A stretch of DNA of 64,000 bases, from positions 329,171-393,170 of the forward strand of contig JBPPMJ010000003.1 in NCBI GenBank assembly GCA_051306005.1, in the 5' to 3' direction. Origin of the DNA: Minisyncoccota bacterium (GTDB lineage: Bacteria; Patescibacteriota; Minisyncoccia; Moranbacterales; UBA1568). Under the pieces are notes generated by a model that did no database searches, was not told the DNA's origin, and saw only the letters and a program-made list of their open reading frames with translations. Numbering within the stretch: the stretch's first letter is position 1; each line of letters opens with the position of its first letter. This document shows, one piece after another, positions 29,987 through 40,125 of this stretch. Made by a program: the position numbers and the translations under genes.

Positions 29987-30063
29987 TGGTGGATGATACT
30001 GGATTCGAACCAGTGACCCCTGCAATGTGAATGCAGTACTCTAACCAGCTGAGCTAATCATCC
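29987..30063 (-). tRNA. tRNA-Val (anticodon CAC)
   Basis: GGATGATTAGCTCAGCTGGTTAGAGTACTGCA-TTCACAT-TGCAGGGGTCACTGGTTCGAATCCAGTATCATCCACCA; perfect stems and encoded CCA. Confidence 0.95.
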
Positions 30064-31536
30064 TTCATTTCGTGCTTTCATCGGAGGAAAAATCACGGTT
30101 TCACGAATAGAGCGATTCATAAGAATCGCAAAGAATCGCTCGCTCATTCCAAAACCAAATGCTGGCGGCATCCCATATTCCAATGCTTCCAAAAAATCTT
30201 CATCTAACATCATCCCCTCTTTGTCTCCCGCGTCCCGCAACCGCATCTGCTCCTCAAAACGTTGGCGTTGATCAATCGGATCATTCAATTCAGCAAAGCC
30301 ATTGCCCAGTTCGCTTTTGACAGCAATCGGCTGAAAACGCAATGTGCGACGTGGGTTGTTTGGATCAAGCTTAGCTAATGGTGATACTTCTATCGGGTGT
30401 CCAACTAAAAAACAGGGCTGTATCAATTTTTGACGTACTGTTTTTTTATATAACGTATCAATCATTCGTCCTTTTCCATAAGAAGTTTCATAAGAAATGC
30501 CGAGTCCATCAGCTTTCTGCTTAAGTGTCGCAACATCGATATCTTGTGATAAATCAAGACCCGTTTCTTTCTGAAATTCAGTGAAATAATCAACATGTGG
30601 AAAATCAACATTCCAATGAATAGTCTCGCCATCATATTCTGTTTGCATTGTCTCACCAATCACAGAACGTACAATTTCTTTGTATAAAGCCTCTACCACT
30701 GCCATACCTTGTTCAAGATCCATATAGGCGACATAAAATTCCATGTGATCAAATTCCTGCAAATGCTCACGATCAACACCTTCATTGCGAAAAACTCGTC
30801 CGATTTCAAAGATGCGTTCATACCCGCCTATCAAAAGACGTTTGAGTGCCAATTCTAATGAAATACGTAAATAAAAATCCTGATCCAAAGCGTTGTGATG
30901 CGTCTTAAATGGTTCCGCTTCCGCTCCTCCTGGAATATGTTCCAAAACAGGTGTCTGTATTTCTAAAAAATTTTCCCGTGTTAAAAATTGACGTATCGTC
31001 TGCCAAAAAATATTTTTCTTACGAAACAATGCCCGTGTTTCCACGTTAACTAGAAGATCTAGATATCGTTGACGCAACAACGTTTCCTCATTCTTCAATC
31101 CATAAAAATCTGTCGGAATGGGGCGCAGAGACTTTCCTAAAATCTTCCAGTCCCGCACTTCCACCGTTTTTTCGGATTTCTTGGTTAAAAATACCGTACC
31201 CGTTACAGATATAAAATCACCATTTTCAATCGTATCCACAAACACACGCATCTTATCCGCACCCAACACTCCTTCTGACAAAAAAATCTGTATGCGTGCT
31301 GACCCGTCCTCTATATGTGCAAATCCGATTTTCCCCATCATACGGGAAGACCGAACACGTCCCACTATTTTGACCGATCGATTTTCAGTTTCCAGAATCT
31401 CGAAATCATCCAATACAGATTGATTCGTGTGAGTGCGATCTGTTTTTTCCGGATATACGGTACCAAAAACATCGATCAAGCGTTGAAGCTTATCATGTTT
31501 CGTCGCAACAATGTCATCTCGCAAAGTTTCACTCAT
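30058..31536 (-). CDS. lysS: Lysyl-tRNA synthetase (class II)
   Basis: RQRYLDL, YLRISLEL, RVFRNEG and YGMPPAFG motifs. Confidence 0.97.
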   Translation of the reverse strand: MSETLRDDIVATKHDKLQRLIDVFGTVYPEKTDRTHTNQSVLDDFEILETENRSVKIVGRVRSSRMMGKIGFAHIEDGSARIQIFLSEGVLGADKMRVFVDTIENGDFISVTGTVFLTKKSEKTVEVRDWKILGKSLRPIPTDFYGLKNEETLLRQRYLDLLVNVETRALFRKKNIFWQTIRQFLTRENFLEIQTPVLEHIPGGAEAEPFKTHHNALDQDFYLRISLELALKRLLIGGYERIFEIGRVFRNEGVDREHLQEFDHMEFYVAYMDLEQGMAVVEALYKEIVRSVIGETMQTEYDGETIHWNVDFPHVDYFTEFQKETGLDLSQDIDVATLKQKADGLGISYETSYGKGRMIDTLYKKTVRQKLIQPCFLVGHPIEVSPLAKLDPNNPRRTLRFQPIAVKSELGNGFAELNDPIDQRQRFEEQMRLRDAGDKEGMMLDEDFLEALEYGMPPAFGFGMSERFFAILMNRSIRETVIFPPMKARNEG

Positions 31537-31640
31537 AGATACCTATCCATTGTAAACATTTTTTTCCAAAAAAACAATGACCGGCTTCAGAAAAGTCCAG
31601 TCATGTGTAATAATATCTTCTTTCTTATCAACCACTCTAT

Positions 31641-32096
31641 TTACTGAATAGACAGGATTTCATATTTAACCTTATTAACGGGTGTGGAAACTTCCACTTT
31701 GTCACCCTTGCGCTTGCCAATAAAGGCCTTTCCCAAAGGAGATTCATTGGAAATTTTTCCAACTGTCGGATCCACCTCATTGGACCCAACAATTTCAAAT
31801 AGTATTTCCTTTTTATTGACATTGACAGTCACTTTGGAGCCGATACCTACCACGGAAGAGCTCGTTTGTTTCGTTGCCACCACCGAATCCTTGAGCATTG
31901 CTTCTAACTCTGCGATACGACTTTCGTTCTCGTTTTGTTGATGCTTCGCTTCACTATACTCGGCATTTTCAGAAAGATCGCCCTGTTCCTTGGCTTCCTT
32001 GATGGCATCAGCAATTGTTTGACGCATTTTTCCCCTACGCTCTTCCAATTCACTCTGAAGCTTCTTCAATCCCTCTTCCGTAAAAATTCGTGCCAT
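31641..32096 (-). CDS. greA: Transcription elongation factor GreA
   Basis: GDLSENAEY and ISNESPLGKA motifs. Confidence 0.97.
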   Translation of the reverse strand: MARIFTEEGLKKLQSELEERRGKMRQTIADAIKEAKEQGDLSENAEYSEAKHQQNENESRIAELEAMLKDSVVATKQTSSSVVGIGSKVTVNVNKKEILFEIVGSNEVDPTVGKISNESPLGKAFIGKRKGDKVEVSTPVNKVKYEILSIQ

Positions 32097-32192
32097 TGCC
32101 TTGATATTTAAAAAATAAAAAATATTTTTGACCTTCTAACCTGTTCGCTCTATTTCCGATAAAAAGAAAGAGGATAGCCAGAAAGTGCTCCT

Positions 32193-32220
32193 ATCATAGC
32201 AAAATATACCGTCTTGTCAA
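32193..32220 (-). promoter_or_regulatory. sigma70-type promoter for greA (TTGACA-16-TATGAT, extended TG)
   Basis: Minus strand ttgaca-agacggtatattttgc-tatgat. Confidence 0.5.
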
Positions 32221-32241
32221 CTAAGGCTATTATTTACCTTT

Positions 32242-34152
32242 TCAGTGGCTGTTTTCTTGGATAATCTCAGGACGCGAAAAATACCATTCATACACATCTT
32301 TGGTCACTGGTACCGCATTATATCCTTCTTCTCCTTGTCCTTCGACCAAAACAATCATTGCCAAACTTGGATTTTTATATGGGGCAAAAGAAACAAACCA
32401 ACCATGCGTTTTGTTTGCAGTTCCGAATTGAGCCGTTCCCGTTTTACCCGCTATCTCCACAGAAAGATTTTTCAAAGACTGGGCAGTTCCATGAGAATCC
32501 ATAATCGTCGCACGCATTCCTTCACGGACAATCTGTAAAATATCAGGATTCACAATATTTGTTCGTACTTGATCTTCGCCAATGGTCGTAACAGCTCCAT
32601 CTGTAGAGCGTACTTGCGAAACAAGATGTGGAACATACAACGTGCCTCCGTTAGCTATGGTTGCGATAGAATTCAAGATCTGAATAGGGGTCGCGGTCAC
32701 AAAGCCCTGTCCAATAGAAGCATGATAATCATCTCCAATATACCAACGCTCACCAAGAGTTTCGCGCTTCCACACAGGGTCAGGAATAAATCCACTCGCT
32801 TCACCGGGAATATCAATGCCTGTCTTACTTCCATATCCAAACAAATTTTCATATCGTTTCATGCGTTCCATACCAAGTCCGGTAATATTGCCATATCCAC
32901 CCCCAACAGAATAAAAAAACACATCGCTTGATACCGCAATCGCTCGTCTGACATCTGTAAAACCATGTACTTTCCAATCACCAAAGAAAAAGTTTCCCAC
33001 ACTGATTCCTCCACGACTTTCAATCTGCGTATTCTCATTGATAACGCCTTCCGCTAATCCAGCTGTTGCCAATACAGGTTTGATAGTAGAACCAGGCGGA
33101 TACTCGCCTGCCACCGCACGATTAAAAAGTGGTAATGTTGGATCTTGAATCAATTTCTGATACTCTGAAACTTTGATATTTCCCGCAAAAAGATTATTAT
33201 CAAAACTCGGTAAACTCACTAATGCACGAATAGCACCATTGCGTGGATCAATCGCGATTGCCACTGCCTGTTTCAATTCTTGTTTGTTCAACAAATCCTG
33301 CAATCTATCAAAAAGTTTTTTTTGTAGTTCAGCGTCAACATTCAAAATAATATCGCTACCCGCTGTTGGCATAATCATACCAAGCTCCTTCGTTATGCGT
33401 CCGAAAGCATCCACTTCTGCCTGTTGGTATCCATGTTCCCCACGTAATGCTGTATCATAACTTTTTTCAATTCCCTGCTTTCCAATAGTATCTGTGAGTA
33501 AATAATCTTGGTGTAATTCTAATTCTTCTTTGCGTATCTTCCCCTCATAACCCAATATATGGGAAAAAATAAGACTATCAACATAACGACGCTTTGTGGT
33601 ATGATACAAACTCACACCTGGTAAATCATTTGCCCGACTGAGAAACAAAAGAAGCTCTTCCTGAGTCACGTGTTCTTTAAGAAATATCGGCTGTAATGAT
33701 TGATAATCTAATTTCTGAAATATCTCATTGAGTACCTCCTCATCTATGATAAATGTGGCTAACAACAAACGTCGTATCGTCTCTTGACGCGCAAAGTCTT
33801 GAGGCACATCAACAGGCGTAATGACAGCATCCATACTGGGAGTATTGTACACCAATTGTGTACCAAAACGATCATAGATAATACCGCGAGGAGCGGGAAT
33901 AACCAAAGATCGAACACTATTACGTTCTGCCGTTTCCCGATACAAGGAACCCTGTATGACATTTAATTGCACTACACGCCCCGCCAATACAACAAACAAG
34001 ATGATGGAAAGAATCCAATAAAAGCGCATAGGTGATCTCCGTAGAGACCATTCGATTTTTGTTATATCACTTTCTGTAATAGTCAAAACAGCGTCGTCGA
34101 TTTCCATTCCACGTTTCTTCATAAAAAAAATCTTTTTTTGAAACAAGCGCAT
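32242..34152 (-). CDS. mrdA: Penicillin-binding protein 2
   Basis: PAPRGIIYDR, PGSTIK (SxxK), SSD and KTGTAQ motifs; follows mreBCD. Confidence 0.93.
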   Translation of the reverse strand: MRLFQKKIFFMKKRGMEIDDAVLTITESDITKIEWSLRRSPMRFYWILSIILFVVLAGRVVQLNVIQGSLYRETAERNSVRSLVIPAPRGIIYDRFGTQLVYNTPSMDAVITPVDVPQDFARQETIRRLLLATFIIDEEVLNEIFQKLDYQSLQPIFLKEHVTQEELLLFLSRANDLPGVSLYHTTKRRYVDSLIFSHILGYEGKIRKEELELHQDYLLTDTIGKQGIEKSYDTALRGEHGYQQAEVDAFGRITKELGMIMPTAGSDIILNVDAELQKKLFDRLQDLLNKQELKQAVAIAIDPRNGAIRALVSLPSFDNNLFAGNIKVSEYQKLIQDPTLPLFNRAVAGEYPPGSTIKPVLATAGLAEGVINENTQIESRGGISVGNFFFGDWKVHGFTDVRRAIAVSSDVFFYSVGGGYGNITGLGMERMKRYENLFGYGSKTGIDIPGEASGFIPDPVWKRETLGERWYIGDDYHASIGQGFVTATPIQILNSIATIANGGTLYVPHLVSQVRSTDGAVTTIGEDQVRTNIVNPDILQIVREGMRATIMDSHGTAQSLKNLSVEIAGKTGTAQFGTANKTHGWFVSFAPYKNPSLAMIVLVEGQGEEGYNAVPVTKDVYEWYFSRPEIIQENSH

Positions 34153-34161
34153 ACGAATTTT

Positions 34162-34716
34162 CTATGATCTAGTACGTAAAACGTCCCGTTGAGTGATTCT
34201 TTCAATAATCTGTTCGAAATATTTGATAGAAGCATACGCACAGAAAAATAGTGGAATGCCAGCACCAAAAAATAATGTCACATGATACCAAGACAAAGCA
34301 GAGAAGGTGATCATGATAAGCGTCCACATATCAACATTCCCGTTCAATCCCCAGAATAATGCATCAAAAATCATATAACCGATTGCTGAAAAACCAGAGA
34401 ATAAAGCATACGTTACCATACCAAAACCATAGTGCTCCACCAATAATCGTCGTGACAAAAAACTTGTAGCATAAGCCAAAAGTATAGCATACAATAATAA
34501 AGTGCTTGGTCGCCCATTGGCAACAATATCAAAAATCAAAGCAATGGGTATAAGTGAAAAGAGGACCTGTGGAAACCCGCGTATCAATGTCCACGCCACA
34601 ATTATCATAATCAAAAGGAATGGAGATCCAATCCCCTGAAATAAAATATCAAAAAAAGAAAATTCAAGAAATACAAGGAGTAAGATGAAAAAAAATCTTG
34701 CGAAAAAAATTGTCAT
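34162..34716 (-). CDS. mreD: Rod shape-determining protein MreD-like membrane protein
   Basis: Hydrophobic 184-aa ORF between mreC and mrdA; call is mostly by synteny. Confidence 0.7.
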   Translation of the reverse strand: MTIFFARFFFILLLVFLEFSFFDILFQGIGSPFLLIMIIVAWTLIRGFPQVLFSLIPIALIFDIVANGRPSTLLLYAILLAYATSFLSRRLLVEHYGFGMVTYALFSGFSAIGYMIFDALFWGLNGNVDMWTLIMITFSALSWYHVTLFFGAGIPLFFCAYASIKYFEQIIERITQRDVLRTRS

Positions 34717-34719
34717 AAC

Positions 34720-35568
34720 TTACCGAGCATTCATAATAACAAACACGTACCGTAAATGATCGAATTTCAATGGCGAAATCAAAGGCGCCTGCTGAAAAAG
34801 ATGGTCATTCGAGAGACGAGCTTCCTGCAGAGTGCCGATAAGGAGTCCTTTTGGCATATCTCCACCCAAACCAGATGTAACGACGGTATCCCCAATTTTC
34901 AAAACGTCTTCTTGTAATACCATTCCAAAGGATAACCCAAGACCATACGCACCATTCACAATACCTTGAGCCAACGTATTGAGAGTAATCCCGCTTATCA
35001 AGCTCTCTGGATTAGAAATTAACATAATACGTGCATTAGATGGAAAAACTTCTACCACCTTGCCTACCAAAACACCGGCATCGACAATAACAGCCATCCC
35101 TTGGCGAATACCGTTCAATGATCCCTGATTAATGGAAATCCAATTACCTAAACCAGAAACATCCCGTCCAATAATTTCTGCTGATTTTAATTCAAAGCGT
35201 TCTCTTGGTAAAAGATTTAATTGCTGACGTAACATTTCATTTTCTTGCAAAATATCCTGAACATTGACACGCTCACTAAGCAAGTGCGTATATTCTTTTT
35301 CCAAACGCTCATTTTCACGTTTCAAATCACCAATAGAAGTGAAAAAACGTACTGTATCCACTGCCTCAAAAGCAGTAACAGATAAAATTTTCTGAATAGG
35401 CAAGGTGAGTGTCATAATCGACGCCTGCAAAGGCGCAATCATCCATGCGGGTACCCACACAACAAATAGCCACGCTAACAAAAAGAGGATGCTTGCGCGA
35501 AACAATTTCGTCTGCCTGATTTTTCTTCTTACCGCCATAGGCATTCCTCTGTGCACATATCTTATCAA
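34720..35568 (-). CDS. mreC: Rod shape-determining protein MreC
   Basis: Coiled coil ENEMLRQQL; GVLVGKV and VVTSGLGG..PKGLLIG motifs. Confidence 0.93.
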   Translation of the reverse strand: MIRYVHRGMPMAVRRKIRQTKLFRASILFLLAWLFVVWVPAWMIAPLQASIMTLTLPIQKILSVTAFEAVDTVRFFTSIGDLKRENERLEKEYTHLLSERVNVQDILQENEMLRQQLNLLPRERFELKSAEIIGRDVSGLGNWISINQGSLNGIRQGMAVIVDAGVLVGKVVEVFPSNARIMLISNPESLISGITLNTLAQGIVNGAYGLGLSFGMVLQEDVLKIGDTVVTSGLGGDMPKGLLIGTLQEARLSNDHLFQQAPLISPLKFDHLRYVFVIMNAR

Positions 35569-35587
35569 ACACTTTTTTATGAACTAG

Positions 35588-36685
35588 CTATGATCCCAAA
35601 GGAGTATCTGTTTCCTTTTCAATCAGAACCTCCTTGAGATGATCCATATCATCCAATACAATACCAGTACCTCGTACAACCGCTGTCAAGGGATCCTCCA
35701 TCAAACGGACAGGGATACCAGTCTGGTTGGCAATAATTTTGTCCAGACCACGAATAAGACTACCTCCACCAGCAAGAATAATTCCCCGATGCATAATATC
35801 CGACAAAAGCTCTGGCGGAGTCTCTTCAACAATCGTTTTGATATTATTCATAATAATACGAATGGAACGCGACAATGCCTCGCAGATATGTTCATCGGTC
35901 ACCATAACCTGTTTGGGCAAACCAGAAACCAAATCGCGACCACGTAATGAAAATGTCAAACGTTCACGCTGTGGATAGGCGCTCCCGATAGCGATTTTTG
36001 CCTCTTCTGCTGTTTTCTCACCAATCAAAAGATTGAACTCGTCTCGACTGTATCGTACGATATCTTCATTCATTTCATCACCAGCCACACGTAAACTCCG
36101 CGATAAAACAACTCCGCCCAACGAGATGACTGCAATTTCAGTTGTTCCTCCACCGATATCAACCACCATATTCCCCGTTGCATCAATAACTGGCAAACGT
36201 GCTCCAATGGCTGCTGCCATCGGTTCATCAATCAAAAATACCTGTCGCGCACCGGCATTCTGTGCCGCTTCCATAACAGCGCGTTTTTCCACCTCTGTTA
36301 CTCCAGAAGGAATACCAATCAATACACGTGGTCGTCGAAAAAAAGAAAAACTTTCCGCCGAAACCTTGTTAATAAAATAACGCAACATTTGTTCAGTTAC
36401 TTCGAAATCACTGACTACGCCGTCTACTAAAGGACGCATAGCAACAATATGACTAGGTGTCTTACCCACCATTTTTTTAGCTTCACGCCCAATAGCTAGT
36501 ATTTGCCCTGTTCGTTGATTAATTGCCACGACAGAAGGCTCATTTATGACGATACCTTTACCCTTTACATAGACCAGTGTATTAGCTGTACCCAAATCAA
36601 TACCGATATCTTGTGTTAAATGTCCAAAAAACCGCTCAACAATGCCTTTTTGGATATTTTTGAAAAAACGTTGGATGCTGAACAT
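35588..36685 (-). CDS. mreB: Rod shape-determining protein MreB
   Basis: DIGIDLGTANT, EPMAAAIG and DIGGGTTE motifs. Confidence 0.97.
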   Translation of the reverse strand: MFSIQRFFKNIQKGIVERFFGHLTQDIGIDLGTANTLVYVKGKGIVINEPSVVAINQRTGQILAIGREAKKMVGKTPSHIVAMRPLVDGVVSDFEVTEQMLRYFINKVSAESFSFFRRPRVLIGIPSGVTEVEKRAVMEAAQNAGARQVFLIDEPMAAAIGARLPVIDATGNMVVDIGGGTTEIAVISLGGVVLSRSLRVAGDEMNEDIVRYSRDEFNLLIGEKTAEEAKIAIGSAYPQRERLTFSLRGRDLVSGLPKQVMVTDEHICEALSRSIRIIMNNIKTIVEETPPELLSDIMHRGIILAGGGSLIRGLDKIIANQTGIPVRLMEDPLTAVVRGTGIVLDDMDHLKEVLIEKETDTPLGS

Positions 36686-36945
36686 AATAAAAACACAGAA
36701 AAAATAGGATATTCTTCATTCTAAATCATTTCTCAAAAATACTCCAGCTTGCATGCTATCAGAAAAAATCCAAGAACCTGCAGTCAATCATGATTCATGT
36801 TACGCGAAAAAAAACATACGGAGAAACATTCTCAACTCCATTTTTTGTTTTAATACTTTCGAGGCACGTATTCACATTGGTCAATACTATACTCAGTATC
36901 TTACTGATCTATGAGACACAACTGGCCATCATTCCTCTATTTTTT

Positions 36946-38367
36946 TTATCCTTCTTTCACTGATAATTGTATGCCAAGCTCCGCGAGTTGTATCGGGGTC
37001 ACTTCTGATGGCGCTTCCATCATCAGATCTTTTCCTTCACCGGTTTTAGCAAATGCAATGACCTCTCGAATATTAGGCTCATTCTGCAAAATCATCATCA
37101 AGCGATCAAAACCGAATGCTATCCCGCCATGTGGCGGTGTACCGAACGCCAATGCCTGCAGAATATGCCCAAAATTTTCCTCTATTTTTTCCGAAGGGTA
37201 TCCCATTATTTCAAAGACTTTGCGTAGTGTCATTGGAGTATGATTGCGTATACCACCACCGCCAACTTCATAGCCATTCAAAACCATGTCATATTGGGCA
37301 GCGACTATATTCTCGATATTTTTCTCTGCCAGCATGTCCTCTAGACACTCCTCTTTTGGCGCGGAAAATGGATTGTGGGTGAATGTCCATTGTCCGTCAT
37401 CAGTCTTTTCAAAAAACGGAAAATCTATAACCCAACAAAATGCCAACAGATTCGGATTGTTCTTATCTGTTCGCAAATCCGGCTTATCCGATTGGTACTG
37501 TTCCATCGCTTCTTGATAGGTCAAACGAGGAAAAGGTACTGCCTGTATTTCTTTTTCCGGATAAACAGTCTTGACTAATTCAATAATCATTTGTTCATTC
37601 AAGCGCATCATTTCTTCCTGCGTCACAAAACTCATTTCTATGTCAACTTGGGTAAATTCCGGCTGACGATCGCCCCGAGTATCTTCATCACGAAAACATC
37701 GAGCGATCTGAAAATATTTTTCAAAACCGGCAGACATCAAAAGTTGTTTGTATTGCTGAGGCGATTGTGGCAAAGCATAAAATTTTCCCTGCTCCAAACG
37801 GGACGGTACGATAAAATCACGGGATCCCTCTGGCGTTGATTTGGTCATATAGGGCGTTTCCACTTCCACAAAACCTTCACGTGTATAAAACGAACGGATA
37901 CACTGGGTAACCAGATGCCGATTGCGGATATTCTTCTGCATCCGCGGACGACGCAAGTCGAGGTACCGATACTTAAGACGAATTTCCTCATTTATCTCCT
38001 TCCCATCGGAGGCAACATCAAATGGTGGTGTTATCGCTTCGTTTAAAACCTTGATTTCCAACACTTCAATTTCAATGGTGCCGTTCAGTTGTTCCGTATT
38101 GACGAGTTTTTCCGGACGTGGATTGACGATTCCTGTCACCTGTATGACCCATTCGGAACGCAATGCTTGAGCGAAAATATGCGCCTCGGAATGATTGGGC
38201 AAAATAACCATCTGTACTTTGCCACTCATATCCCGCAAATCAATGAATATCAATTTTCCATGATCCCTCCTCACATCTACCCAGCCAGACAGCATCACAA
38301 TTTCCCCGATATGCGCCGAGACTTCAGTAATCAATATGCGCTTCATCGCTTCCATATACATCATCAC
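36946..38367 (-). CDS. aspS: Aspartyl-tRNA synthetase, short form lacking the GAD insertion
   Basis: RRDHGKLIFIDLRD, LPQSPQ, FRDED..DRQPEF and PPHGGIAFGFDR motifs; only 473 aa. Confidence 0.95.
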   Translation of the reverse strand: MMMYMEAMKRILITEVSAHIGEIVMLSGWVDVRRDHGKLIFIDLRDMSGKVQMVILPNHSEAHIFAQALRSEWVIQVTGIVNPRPEKLVNTEQLNGTIEIEVLEIKVLNEAITPPFDVASDGKEINEEIRLKYRYLDLRRPRMQKNIRNRHLVTQCIRSFYTREGFVEVETPYMTKSTPEGSRDFIVPSRLEQGKFYALPQSPQQYKQLLMSAGFEKYFQIARCFRDEDTRGDRQPEFTQVDIEMSFVTQEEMMRLNEQMIIELVKTVYPEKEIQAVPFPRLTYQEAMEQYQSDKPDLRTDKNNPNLLAFCWVIDFPFFEKTDDGQWTFTHNPFSAPKEECLEDMLAEKNIENIVAAQYDMVLNGYEVGGGGIRNHTPMTLRKVFEIMGYPSEKIEENFGHILQALAFGTPPHGGIAFGFDRLMMILQNEPNIREVIAFAKTGEGKDLMMEAPSEVTPIQLAELGIQLSVKEG

Positions 38368-38545
38368 AATAGCTTAAACAGTATCTCTAGCATACCAAAA
38401 AATAGAGATACGAACAAGGGAACCCTTTGTTTACTCGATAAATCTGTCCGTTTGCTGTGGCAAATAATATTTAGATATCCTCCACGCACCAAAAGACACG
38501 GAAGGTACATCATTGCTCATACATTAGAAATGAAAAACAAAAAAA

Positions 38546-39355
38546 TTACTGCTGTTTTTTGAAAAAATCATTCACTGCGTATGTCAACTCGCTTGGAGTA
38601 ATCTTGGTCTTGAGAAATGAACGGTCGACAAGTCCTGACGTCTCCAAGGCTTTCATCGACTCATCTTCCAAAGACGCAGAAAAAACAAAAATTGGTATAG
38701 ATTTTTTCTCCTCAATTTCCTTCAACCGACGGACGATTTCTCGTCCATCCATACCTGGCATCATCACATCAGAAATAATCATATCATAATTCCCTTTCAA
38801 TGCCTCTTCCAAACCCGATATTCCTTCCGGCTTACTCACCACTTCATACCCCTCATCACTCAAACGCTTGCCAAACATCTCTACAAAAACAACTTCATCT
38901 TCAATAAATAAGATACGTTTTCCTAATTTCGGACGATCTGTCGGGTCCATATTTTGACGAATTATATTTTTTTTCTGCTCTTTCCATTGATGTAAGAAAC
39001 GATTGACCTCTTCAACAACTTCCGAAGGAGAAAACTCCGTCTTGGAAATAAAGCCATTTGCGCCAAGATTGAGACATTCTTCACGGTCTTCAGTGCTACT
39101 CAAATTACTGAACACGATGATTTTCAAATCTTTCGAATACTTGTCATTGGCACGCAATTCCCGCAACACATCCATACCACTAATCTCTGGTATGACAAGA
39201 TCCAACAAGATCACATCGAACGCCTGCGTCAATACTGACTCCAAGACCGCTTTACCAGATGTCACATTGGTCACCTCAAACCCAGAAGTAGAAAACTTTT
39301 TTTTATAAATTTCCACAATAAACGGATCGTCTTCAACTAATAATATTTTTATCAT
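38546..39355 (-). CDS. Response regulator with two receiver domains and no output domain
   Basis: ILLVEDD..LLDLVIP..SK and ILFIEDE..ISDVMMP..LK motifs. Confidence 0.9.
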   Translation of the reverse strand: MIKILLVEDDPFIVEIYKKKFSTSGFEVTNVTSGKAVLESVLTQAFDVILLDLVIPEISGMDVLRELRANDKYSKDLKIIVFSNLSSTEDREECLNLGANGFISKTEFSPSEVVEEVNRFLHQWKEQKKNIIRQNMDPTDRPKLGKRILFIEDEVVFVEMFGKRLSDEGYEVVSKPEGISGLEEALKGNYDMIISDVMMPGMDGREIVRRLKEIEEKKSIPIFVFSASLEDESMKALETSGLVDRSFLKTKITPSELTYAVNDFFKKQQ

Positions 39356-39409
39356 ATATGAAACAACTCCAAATTATAAAAAGACATGTCACAACAACGG
39401 ACTGTTGTT

Positions 39410-39438
39410 AGTATACACAAAAAAAGACAAAGTATCAA
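39410..39438 (-). promoter_or_regulatory. sigma70-type promoter for the dual-REC gene (TTGATA-17-TATACT)
   Basis: Minus strand ttgata-ctttgtctttttttgtg-tatact, followed by a small inverted repeat aacaac/gttgtt. Confidence 0.5.
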
Positions 39439-39754
39439 TCCTCTGTGCAAATTGCAGACCCGTTTCATGAAGAATGATTCTAGACACGACCGTCATTTTG
39501 TCTGTCTGTCCACATTCTTTGAAATATGCCACAAATCAAATAACTTGATTTTTGATTGCTCTACGGAGTCAATAATAAAGCGCAGACATAATTCGAGTGT
39601 AACATACTTTATAGAAGATACAGCTTGAATATATGAAACTTGTCCTGTTTTACTATCTGCAGCATTATACTCAGTAAGAAGTCTTCGGTGTTCATGAAAA
39701 TATCTTTTAGCAAGTGAATGAGATTCACTGATCTTAACTATTGCGAAAATTCCC

Positions 39755-39995
39755 CTACTTCCCCAACCCTTCAAAAGAAGCCTGATCGGAGGTGCCGGCC
39801 TTGATTTTGGGATTACTGAAAGGTAGTTCGACGATGAAACGAGAGCCTTTTCCCGGACCATCAGATTCGATATGAATATGTCCGCCATGCGCCGCGATGA
39901 AGTTCTTGCCGACGAAGAGTCCGAGTCCCGTACCAGAGACCACCATCTTGGTAGTTTCATTGCTCCGGCTGAATTTCTCAAACAGTTTTTTCTTA
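39755..39995 (-). pseudogene. 3' remnant of a sensor histidine kinase (HATPase_c end)
   Basis: LFEKFSRS..GTGLGLFVGKNF..HGGHIHIESDGPGKGSRFIVELP; paralogous to the C-terminus of 43561-45282. Confidence 0.85.
39773..39892. repeat. 120-bp direct repeat, copy 1
   Basis: 117/120 identical to 43579-43698 by manual alignment. Confidence 0.9.
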
Positions 39996-40125
39996 TTTAC
40001 TTGCAAAAAACATCTAAATAAATTCCTGTCCAATAAATTCAAACAACGGTTTCATATTCTGCCACATTTCCCCAATAAAAAAAGTCTCGACTGTCATTGT
40101 GACAACCGGAGTGAAACCCTTTGTG

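Noticed and set aside
36946-38367. aspS as a truncated pseudogene
   Set aside because: All class II motifs are intact; the short length reflects a clean in-frame absence of the GAD insertion.
39493-39981. 162-aa ORF as a real gene
   Set aside because: Its 5' half is an alternative frame over the kinase remnant; the 3' half may be a gene fragment but shows no recognisable motif.
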